IMG/VR virus record: IMGVR_UViG_3300034068_000495
Location: 1-52,678 of that record
Length of the DNA: 52,678 nt
Origin: a virus
Taxonomy: Duplodnaviria > Caudoviricetes
Strand: one strand, 5' to 3'
Shown: positions 28,528 to 36,095 of the stretch, one piece after another
How the letters are laid out: every line of letters begins with the position of its first letter
Numbering within the stretch: position 1 is the first letter of the stretch
Translations under genes and position numbers: made by a program
Notes under the pieces: generated by a model
The model's database searches: none
What the model was told of the DNA's origin: nothing
The model's input: the letters and a program-made list of their open reading frames with translations, nothing else

Positions 28528-28886
28528 TTCAGGTTCCGCAGCTTGTAGATTGCCGAAAGATAGACGCCCGTCAGCGTGTCGATCAGGTTCGCCACGGCGC
28601 GGTTGCCCTGACAGATACCCTCGTGGTTCTCCTCGATCCACGCGGCGTCGGCCTCGAGCAGCTTCAGGACGTCGCCCTTCGGCGTCTCCGGTCCCGGGAT
28701 GTTGCCGATCAGCTCGAACGCGCCCTGATACGCCTCCACGAGGTCGTCGATGGCGTCGATGACGTTGTCGTAGAAGACGCCCAGCGCCTTGTGCTTGGCG
28801 AAGCTGCCCGTGCCGGTAGCGCGCCAGTGTTCGAAGTGGGCGACGTTGCGGGCGTAGAAGACCCGGCTGATCAGTTGTTCAATCAT
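28524..28886 (-). CDS. Ferritin/Dps-like four-helix protein (DUF5856-type)
   Basis: AHFEHW..SFAKHKAL..FYD..DDLVEAYQG..YKLRNLK. Confidence 0.8.
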   Translation of the reverse strand: MIEQLISRVFYARNVAHFEHWRATGTGSFAKHKALGVFYDNVIDAIDDLVEAYQGAFELIGNIPGPETPKGDVLKLLEADAAWIEENHEGICQGNRAVANLIDTLTGVYLSAIYKLRNLK

Positions 28887-28975
28887 CTTTCATCCTTCAG
28901 TAGAACAGCGCCGGCGGCGGGGGGATAAAGCACCGCCGGCCCTGCCACAGCCCAAGGGGAGCACTCCTCGGGTGT

Positions 28976-29203
28976 TCATGGCGCGAGGGGGGTGTCCGGT
29001 CGCGGAAACTGGAGAGCGATAACTTCCGGTTGCCGGGCCGGCAGCCGGTACGGGTCGTACTGGTCGATGTCGTCCTTGCAGACGCGCAGCCCCGGGTAGT
29101 TCGGATCCGGGTACAGATCGTCAAGGCTCATCTTGCGGCTGCACCGGCCGCAGATGCCGATGCCAAGCGTGCTGCGCCCCCGTGTGTCGAGAAAGACCGG
29201 CAT
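28976..29203 (-). CDS. Small Cys-containing virion-module protein
   Basis: ICGRC..GLRVC..D..DP..PRPD. Confidence 0.75.
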   Translation of the reverse strand: MPVFLDTRGRSTLGIGICGRCSRKMSLDDLYPDPNYPGLRVCKDDIDQYDPYRLPARQPEVIALQFPRPDTPLAP

Positions 29204-29207
29204 GGGA

Positions 29208-30203
29208 CTACCTCGTGTACGGCGAAATGTTGGGGGCGATCATCATCGGCGAGTTGTCGCGCTCCTCGGCCTGCGCGACGGCCAGCGCCTGCGCGGCCTT
29301 GCTGTCCAGCATCGGGATGATCTGCGGGTCGACCTCGATCATCTCCATCGCCATCTTGGCGGCCAGCATGGCCACGATTGCCTCATACCAGCGTTGCGGC
29401 ACTTCCACCTCTTGCGACATGGTGCCGACATCCATGATGTGCCGCTGGATCCACGTGACGACCTGATAGACGGTGGCCTGCGCGTTCGGCACGGGCCACA
29501 GGTTCAGCACCGGCGACTGCGCCTGACGGTCGAGCCAGAACTGGAGGGGCCGGTTCGACTGGAACGTCTTGTTCGGCAGGTTGGTGTAATCGTCGCGGTT
29601 CATGCGCGCCATGGGGATCTCGGTCGGCGTGTTGCCGAGATATATCTGGCTGAAACCGAGCGTGCCGGTGATGGCCACGACGCGGAAGTATTGGGTGGCG
29701 ACGCTGCTGTTCAGGTCGAACCACGTCCACTCGCCGGCGGCGGCCGTCTGGTCTTCGTTCTGAATGATGGTCCACGTCACGCCGTCAATGCTGCGCTGCA
29801 GCGATACCGGGACCGAGGGCGCCGTCCACCGGATGCCTACATTGCTGACTGCGGTGGCGGAGGAGGCGCTGCCGAAGTTCACCGTGCGGCTGGTCGAGGT
29901 GTCGGTGTTGGTGCCGGTCACCTCCTGCAAGGAACGCAGGTTGGTGTTGAGCAGGTCGACCGTGCCCGTGTAGGTCGTGATCGTCGGCGTGCCCTCGTAC
30001 AGCGGGTAGATGCACTTCTGGATGCACCACAGCGGCACGCCCTGATTGGCGAGGTCCGACAGCAGCAGGTACAGCATGTCGTTGGCGATGCTGATCGTCT
30101 CGGCCGTGATCTGTTCTGCAGGCACACGGCAGCGACGCACGGCGTTGTCGATAACGCGCTGCGTCGTGAACACCGTCTGTGATACCGTGTTGGAATAAGC
30201 CAT
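29208..30203 (-). CDS. Head-tail connector / tail tubular protein-like
   Basis: VIDNAVRRC..L.LLLSDLANQG..LW; MNRDDY.NLPNK; LWPVP; PQRWYEAI. Confidence 0.7.
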   Translation of the reverse strand: MAYSNTVSQTVFTTQRVIDNAVRRCRVPAEQITAETISIANDMLYLLLSDLANQGVPLWCIQKCIYPLYEGTPTITTYTGTVDLLNTNLRSLQEVTGTNTDTSTSRTVNFGSASSATAVSNVGIRWTAPSVPVSLQRSIDGVTWTIIQNEDQTAAAGEWTWFDLNSSVATQYFRVVAITGTLGFSQIYLGNTPTEIPMARMNRDDYTNLPNKTFQSNRPLQFWLDRQAQSPVLNLWPVPNAQATVYQVVTWIQRHIMDVGTMSQEVEVPQRWYEAIVAMLAAKMAMEMIEVDPQIIPMLDSKAAQALAVAQAEERDNSPMMIAPNISPYTR

Positions 30204-30267
30204 GTTATTGTGCTCGCTGTATCAGGGCAGCAGCTTGCCACGGCGGGCGAACATTTCTGGCGGTCGC

Positions 30268-30296
30268 AACATACCAAACAACAGCCACCGTGTAAA
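30268..30296 (-). promoter_or_regulatory. Sigma70-type promoter
   Basis: Minus strand TTTACA-17 nt-TATGTT with extended TG, in intergenic gap. Confidence 0.55.
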
Positions 30297-30298
30297 CT

Positions 30299-31270
30299 CT
30301 ACTCGAAGGGCATCGGTTGTCGCACAGACGTAGACAGAGGCATGTTTGCGCGGCCGGCGTTCGGCGGAGGTGGCATCGACGCCCGGGACGCGGAGGCGAA
30401 GGGCATGGCACCGCGCGCCGCGTTTGGCGCGGGCGGCATAGGCCCACGCGGACCCGGGGCGATGCTGTTGCCGTCGGGGCGCACGTCGTTCGGGTGGAAC
30501 GGGTACAGGTAGGCGAAGAGACCGAAAAACGTGTTTACGTTGGTGAAGAGTGCCGGATCCACGAACTGCCGGTAGGTTAGCTGCGGCGTGTAGAACGTGT
30601 TCGTGTTGGTAAAGAGCGCCGGGGCAAGCGTGTACGTGGCGCTGACCGTGGCGCTGTAGAACGTGTTCGTATTGGTGTAGAGCGCCGGGGCGAGCGTCAC
30701 CGCGCCGGGCGTGACCGTGGCGCTGTAGAACGTGTTCGTGTTGGTATAGAGCGCCGGCAACAGCGTGACCGCACCGGGTGTAACCGTCGGCGAATAGAAC
30801 GTGTTCAGGTTGCCGTAGAGCGCCGGCAACAGTGTGTACGTGGCGGCGACTGTCGCCGCGTAGAACGTGTTCGTGTTGGTGTAGAGATCTGGCAGCAGCG
30901 TGTACGTGCTGCTGACCGTGGCGGCGTAGAACGTGTTCGTGTTGGCGGAGAGGTCCGGCAACAGCACATACGTGCTGCCGACCGTTGCCGAGTAGAACGT
31001 ATTGGTGTTGGTGAAGAGATCAGGCGACAGATTGACAGCGCCCGCCGTGATCGTCGCCGTGTAGAACGTGTTCGTGTTGGTGAAGAGCGCTGGGGCGAGG
31101 TTCTGCGTTGCCGCTCCACCGGGCGCGAGGCCAACAGCGGGCTGCCCCGCCAGCGTGTAGTCGAGCGTTGCCGAAGACGGACTGAGCGCCTTGGCTTCGA
31201 TATACGCTGCCGGTTGCCCCGCACCCGTAAAGTCAAGTGTTAGAACATCAGTCCGTGTTGGGAGCGGCAT
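30299..31270 (-). CDS. Tandem-repeat structural protein (nine 22-23 aa repeats)
   Basis: L.P.L[YF]TNTNTFY.ATV repeats. Confidence 0.8.
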   Translation of the reverse strand: MPLPTRTDVLTLDFTGAGQPAAYIEAKALSPSSATLDYTLAGQPAVGLAPGGAATQNLAPALFTNTNTFYTATITAGAVNLSPDLFTNTNTFYSATVGSTYVLLPDLSANTNTFYAATVSSTYTLLPDLYTNTNTFYAATVAATYTLLPALYGNLNTFYSPTVTPGAVTLLPALYTNTNTFYSATVTPGAVTLAPALYTNTNTFYSATVSATYTLAPALFTNTNTFYTPQLTYRQFVDPALFTNVNTFFGLFAYLYPFHPNDVRPDGNSIAPGPRGPMPPAPNAARGAMPFASASRASMPPPPNAGRANMPLSTSVRQPMPFE

Positions 31271-31433
31271 CTGACTGCTCCTGCATCATCGCGTCGTAAC
31301 GCGCGGCCTCGGCCTGCACTTCCTCGTCCGTGGGGTCTGACTGAAACTTGAACGCCACGGTCTGACCGTTGATGGCCACGCGGATGCGCCACTTACCTGC
31401 GTCGTCCTGCTCACGGTCGATGATCTCGTACAT
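31248..31433 (-). CDS. Hypothetical protein (61 aa)
   Basis: ATG 31433 just after upstream stop. Confidence 0.65.
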   Translation of the reverse strand: MYEIIDREQDDAGKWRIRVAINGQTVAFKFQSDPTDEEVQAEAARYDAMMQEQSDAAPNTD

Positions 31434-31435
31434 GG

Positions 31436-33769
31436 TCAGACCTGTGTCGCTGTGAGGTTGCAGACGTAACCGGAGAACGATGAGCCTCCGAACGCGTGAG
31501 CGTAGATGTCCACCGCGCCGGCCTTCGTCGGTGTGAACGTGATGGTCACCGTCTCCCATGTGTTTGCCGCTGCCGTCATGTCACTGCTCACGCTTGTGGA
31601 GACGCCAGTGATCTGACCGCCGGGGCAGATCAGGCGCATGGTCAGGCCGGTGTTGCTGCGCTGCATACGGGCCGTGACGGTGACGGCGCTGCTGGCGGCG
31701 CAGACCACCGTACCCAGTTTGAGAAATACAGGTATAAGCGCGGAGGTGGTGCCTGAAGTCGGACGCATCCGCCACGACGTTGTCGCGGGGCTGTCCACGA
31801 CTGCGGTCTGCTGGTTGACGGTGCCGATGCCGGATTGAAACACCCAACTGTTGTTGTCGGTGTCGTCGAGGCGGTTGACGTATACGAGGCCCGTTACGCC
31901 AAAGGAGGCAACCTCCGTAGCCTCGTTAATCGTGAAGTTGTTTAGGTACAGTTCGCTAATGGTAAAGGAAAATACGCCTTGATTGTGGCCAGTAGTGCTA
32001 CCGCCATTAACAGAATTGTTGAAAGATTGTGACGCCGAAATTCCAGTCGAATTTATACCATTGGTTAGCGTTGCCGTTCCTACTGTGCAGTTATTGCAAG
32101 TACTAAAAGCTATATCGGCGTTTGAACCGCTTACGCCGTTGTTTCCTCCAACTACAGAGCCAACGGTTTGGTATTTGCCGCTGAGAAACGATAAGCCAAC
32201 AGTAGCGTTGTTGGCGGCTAATTTTAATTCGGTAATAGATGAGCCTACCCCGCTTAGTCCTACACCACCAGCTCCATTGTTATTGGCCCACACCGACCCG
32301 AAGGTTACATTAGCGTCCCCTACGCCAGAAAAAAGGCCGTCAGACGTATTCGCGGTGCAATATATGGAATTTATGTTTACGGAGAAAAAACTTCCGGGGG
32401 TTGATAAGAACCCGAAGTTGTAGCGGCAGAAGTTCAGCCGATCTATAGACACAAACTGCCTAGCCGAGGTCGTATTCAGCCCGCGACCAAGACCGTTTTG
32501 CCCGTCAAGCCACGTCTGCCCTGTCTGAGTGGACATGTCCGTGCGGTTCCAACCGCCGCTGTAGGTAATGAGGTTGCCGCTGGTGCCACTGTCGTTAAGG
32601 ATTGATATGTCGGCATTGGTGCCGTTGGCGATTGTAGTCTTGGTCGTCTCACGCTTGTAGGTCGTCACCGTCTCCGTGACGCCATTATAGCCTCGGATGC
32701 CGGTGGATTGACTAGTATTACCATTGGCGTTTGCCAGCATGATGACATCGTTGTTGATGCTCTGGATGGCGTACCACGCCTCGTCACCCGTGCCGTCGCT
32801 CTTGGATATCAGCGAATTGAGCGTCACGCTATCGGCGGATGACGCGGCTTTGCAGGCAATGATGTTGTCAAGAATAATTGTCTGCTGGCCGAGATCGGTA
32901 ACAACGTAGAACGCCACGGAGCGGATAGCGGCGTTTAAGTTGGTGCCAAGGTTAACGGTGACCGGCACCCATACAGCGGTCGCGCCAAGTGCAGGAATGT
33001 CGCACTGATGCACCACCGTGTCGCCAATGGTGTCGGTGCAGAGCGCCACATATGTTTGGCCTGCGGCACCTACAATCCCTGTTCTAAGGTATATCCAAAA
33101 CGTCACTTGTTGGTAGGCAGAAAGGTCGAGCGTTGCAGGCAGTGTGTAGTACGCCGCCTTGCCAGTTGTGAACGCAGGTTGAAGGTTAAACAGGGGCGCG
33201 CCGTTGCCCTCTTTCCAAGTTATCGCTCCCGTTATACTGACGTTAGCACTTGCCACCCAACCACCCTTCTGGCCACCCCCACCGCACAGGGCGATGTTCT
33301 GCACCAGCGGCGAGGCCGTCTTGACGACTAAATTGTTGGCTTTGGTAATGTTTCCCGTCGCACTGCCAACACTGCTGCCGGTGGTATTGCTGCCGTTGAT
33401 CTGCACAATACTAAAGTTCTGGACACTTGAGACGGCGCTGACCTTCCACACGCCGTTGGCGTTGGCGTTGGAGTTACCTGTAACTATCACATAGTCATTA
33501 ACCGCAAGACCATGATCGGAGATCGTTTGTATAGCGATTGGCGTCGCGTTGGTGGACGACTGAATGCTTACGGCATTAGGACGCCCGCCACCCGTCCACG
33601 TTGCGCTGCCGATGCTCGTTGGATCGGGCGAGGCCATGATCCTAATGGTATCACCCGGCGCGATGCGCGCAGCCGTAGCGCCTGACGTGATCGTCTTCCA
33701 CCGCAAGGCAAAAGTCGTGCCGTTGTTGGCGTCGTTGCCGCCGTCAAAGTCGAGGTAGAATGTGGCCAC
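31436..33769 (-). CDS. Tailspike / receptor-binding protein with probable beta-helix
   Basis: TFYLD..GNDANNG, HGL..ND.V.VTG..NG.WKV module, Asn/Gly/Ser-rich beta repeats; low-GC middle. Confidence 0.7.
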   Translation of the reverse strand: MATFYLDFDGGNDANNGTTFALRWKTITSGATAARIAPGDTIRIMASPDPTSIGSATWTGGGRPNAVSIQSSTNATPIAIQTISDHGLAVNDYVIVTGNSNANANGVWKVSAVSSVQNFSIVQINGSNTTGSSVGSATGNITKANNLVVKTASPLVQNIALCGGGGQKGGWVASANVSITGAITWKEGNGAPLFNLQPAFTTGKAAYYTLPATLDLSAYQQVTFWIYLRTGIVGAAGQTYVALCTDTIGDTVVHQCDIPALGATAVWVPVTVNLGTNLNAAIRSVAFYVVTDLGQQTIILDNIIACKAASSADSVTLNSLISKSDGTGDEAWYAIQSINNDVIMLANANGNTSQSTGIRGYNGVTETVTTYKRETTKTTIANGTNADISILNDSGTSGNLITYSGGWNRTDMSTQTGQTWLDGQNGLGRGLNTTSARQFVSIDRLNFCRYNFGFLSTPGSFFSVNINSIYCTANTSDGLFSGVGDANVTFGSVWANNNGAGGVGLSGVGSSITELKLAANNATVGLSFLSGKYQTVGSVVGGNNGVSGSNADIAFSTCNNCTVGTATLTNGINSTGISASQSFNNSVNGGSTTGHNQGVFSFTISELYLNNFTINEATEVASFGVTGLVYVNRLDDTDNNSWVFQSGIGTVNQQTAVVDSPATTSWRMRPTSGTTSALIPVFLKLGTVVCAASSAVTVTARMQRSNTGLTMRLICPGGQITGVSTSVSSDMTAAANTWETVTITFTPTKAGAVDIYAHAFGGSSFSGYVCNLTATQV

Positions 33770-33788
33770 GGAATGTGCGCCCCCTCAG

Positions 33789-34193
33789 TTACAGCGCGAA
33801 AATGCCCGATGCGTTCCACGTGATCGAGATGTCGCCGCCGTTTGGTGTCACTGGCAGGCCGGTGACCGACGTGTCGATGTACGCCACCAGAGGCGAGGTG
33901 CCTGCGGTGCCGGTGTCGACGTACAGCACAAGCGCCTCAACCGACGCGCCGGTGACCGCCGTGAAGGTGACATTGCCGCCGTCGAACACGCCGTTGGTGA
34001 ACGTCTTGCTCCCGATGGTCTGCGGCGTGCCCACGACGGCCGACGAGACCGAAGTGTAGAACTGGTCCGCCGAGTTGTAGGTGTAGACACCAGTGTCCAC
34101 GAGCGCCACCTTAACGGTGCCCGCCGACAGGTTGTTGTTTGCGGTGAACTGGAGCAGTTGCTCCTTCCACTTTGGGAATAAGGCATTTGCCAT
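33789..34193 (-). CDS. Virion structural protein (134 aa)
   Basis: VKVALVD..Y, LVAYID...GLPVTPNGGDI.ITW. Confidence 0.7.
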   Translation of the reverse strand: MANALFPKWKEQLLQFTANNNLSAGTVKVALVDTGVYTYNSADQFYTSVSSAVVGTPQTIGSKTFTNGVFDGGNVTFTAVTGASVEALVLYVDTGTAGTSPLVAYIDTSVTGLPVTPNGGDISITWNASGIFAL

Positions 34194-34219
34194 GTCGAGT
34201 TTCCTTTACGTGTTGCGGG

Positions 34220-34792
34220 TCAGCAGCTCTTGCCGCCCTTCGGCATAGCGGCAAGGCCACCGCCCTTCTTCGCCATCGCGCCGCCTTTGGCGCGCGGGGT
34301 CGTGCGCAGCACGGCGGCACGGTCAGCGGCGTCCATGAGCGACATGCGGTTGCCGCTGTCCACACTGGCACCGATCAGCGGCAGACGCGGGGCCACTGGC
34401 ACGCGCTTCTTCACCTGACGCATCTCGCGCTCGGACATGGCACCTGCGCCCGGGGCGCGGCGCATCATCTCGCGCATCTCTTTGGCTTCCATCTCGGACA
34501 TGCGGTTGCCGCTGGCCACGCTGTCGCCGATGGGTGGCATGCGGTTGACGCGGCCGCCGTCAGCCTTCTTCATCGGGGCGCCAGCCTTGCGGGCCTCGCT
34601 CATGGCGATGGCCGTGGCCTGCTTCGGGTTGGTCACCGTCGGGCCGCTCTTGCTGCCGCTGTGCAGCTTGCCTGCCTTGAACTCGCCCATCACTTTACCG
34701 ACCTTGGCGGCGCCCTTGACGCTGCCGCCCTTGGCGTAGCAGGAGCCGCCGTCCATGTACTTCATCTTGGTGCTGTCTTTGTAGCCGTCCAT
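34220..34792 (-). CDS. Basic Met/Lys/Gly-rich protein with DUF6496-like domain
   Basis: KVGKVMGEFKAGKLHSGS..VTNPKQATAIAMSEARKAG; ATG 34792. Confidence 0.75.
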   Translation of the reverse strand: MDGYKDSTKMKYMDGGSCYAKGGSVKGAAKVGKVMGEFKAGKLHSGSKSGPTVTNPKQATAIAMSEARKAGAPMKKADGGRVNRMPPIGDSVASGNRMSEMEAKEMREMMRRAPGAGAMSEREMRQVKKRVPVAPRLPLIGASVDSGNRMSLMDAADRAAVLRTTPRAKGGAMAKKGGGLAAMPKGGKSC

Positions 34793-34793
34793 G

Positions 34794-34970
34794 TCACTTA
34801 CCTTTCTTGCGGGCCGCAGCCAAGTTATCGACGAGATTTGGATAAGGACGGCCCGCCGCAGCCGCACGTGCCTTAGCAGATTTCTTGCGCTTCACCGATA
34901 GACTTTTCGGCTTGCCGAGATCCTCCGGTCGTTTCTTGTCCCACACGGGCTTCACGGCAAAGTCGCTCAT
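34794..34970 (-). CDS. Small basic protein (58 aa)
   Basis: MSDFAVKPVWDKKRP..AKARAAAAGRPYPNLVDNLAAARKKGK; fills the gap exactly. Confidence 0.7.
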   Translation of the reverse strand: MSDFAVKPVWDKKRPEDLGKPKSLSVKRKKSAKARAAAAGRPYPNLVDNLAAARKKGK

Positions 34971-34971
34971 G

Positions 34972-35814
34972 TCAGCAGTCCCACTTGCGCAGCGCCAGCG
35001 CCTTGCGCGTCGGCCGGCCCTTCTCGTCCTTCATCGGCCCCTCCATGCCGCCCATCCGGGCGCAAAACGAGCTGCGCCGGGCGGCCGCCTTGGGCGACTT
35101 CTTGGCCTGCTTGGCGCTGACGGGCGGCTTGATGTCCTGCCCCTGCGCCTTCAGCGACGCGCGACCCTTGGCGTTGAGACCGCCCTCGGGGTTCTGACCC
35201 TCCTTGCGGGTCCACGCGCCGGCGGTGGCGAGGCCACCCTCCTTGAACTGCCGGCGGACGCCGAGGCTGACGTTGGCGCCGCGCGCCGGGTCGTAGCCGC
35301 CGGACACGGACACCGGGCCGTCCTCGTAGCGCATCTCGCCACCGAAACCTGCGCCGGGTTCATAGCCGCCCGACACGGACACCGGGCCGCGCTGGTAGCG
35401 CGCCTGAAGCATCCGCAGCTTCATCTCATTGTCGAGGGCGGCGTTCACGTCGACATTGCCGCCGGCCATGGGCATGCCCGCGCTGCCCTGCATTCCCTGA
35501 AAACCGCCGCGAGGCCCCATCTGCGCCTGCACGCCGACGTTGGCCGGACCCACCTGCGCCTGCATGCCGCCCTGCATACCCGCAAAACGTGCCGCCATCG
35601 GCTGCTGGGCACCCATGGGAGGCGCGCCGAAGGGTGCGCCGGGGTTCGGTGCCCCGGCAGGCATCTGCTGCGCCATGGGGCCAGCCTGACCGCGCACGGG
35701 AGGCTGTTGCTGGTTCGGTGGCGGCCCGAGGGGGCTGACGCGCTGCGGCAAGCCGAGGGCGTCGTCGATCTGACGCTTGGCTCGCGCTATCCGGCTGTCG
35801 TAGGTGTTGTCCAT
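34972..35814 (-). CDS. Protein with C-terminal DUF6321-like basic domain
   Basis: AWTRKEGQNPEGGLNAKGRAS..RRSSFCARM..ALRKWDC; ATG 35814. Confidence 0.75.
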   Translation of the reverse strand: MDNTYDSRIARAKRQIDDALGLPQRVSPLGPPPNQQQPPVRGQAGPMAQQMPAGAPNPGAPFGAPPMGAQQPMAARFAGMQGGMQAQVGPANVGVQAQMGPRGGFQGMQGSAGMPMAGGNVDVNAALDNEMKLRMLQARYQRGPVSVSGGYEPGAGFGGEMRYEDGPVSVSGGYDPARGANVSLGVRRQFKEGGLATAGAWTRKEGQNPEGGLNAKGRASLKAQGQDIKPPVSAKQAKKSPKAAARRSSFCARMGGMEGPMKDEKGRPTRKALALRKWDC

Positions 35815-36095
35815 TATGCCCACACGCGATGGGGAACTGTTGGCTCGACGCTCAACGGTGTCAACTCGGCAAGCTGCTCGTCGTCAAAAGTGCCGCGCAG
35901 ATTGGTATGCCAGCCGGGGTAGTCCACCACGATAGGCTCGTCGGCCTTGTCGTAGCCCGTCACGCGGCTGAATGGCCCGATGTGATCCAGCGAGACGCCA
36001 GACACCGGGTTGCCTTCATCGTCAATGACACCCGCAGCCAGCAGCGCGGCAGTCATCTTGGCTTCGGTGGCTGTCATGAGATACAGGTCGATCAT
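35814..36095 (-). CDS. Small fibre-associated protein (93 aa)
   Basis: MIDLYL..LDHIG..GWHTNLR..P.RVWA; ATGA overlap with fibre gene. Confidence 0.7.
   Translation of the reverse strand: MIDLYLMTATEAKMTAALLAAGVIDDEGNPVSGVSLDHIGPFSRVTGYDKADEPIVVDYPGWHTNLRGTFDDEQLAELTPLSVEPTVPHRVWA

Noticed and set aside
28887-28975. GC-rich hairpin upstream of the ferritin-like gene as a riboswitch
   Set aside because: A single stem with no recognisable aptamer or expression platform
34205-34216. GCAACACGTAAA on the minus strand, identical to 48619-48630
   Set aside because: Single 12-mer with none of the other element parts; cannot be told from chance
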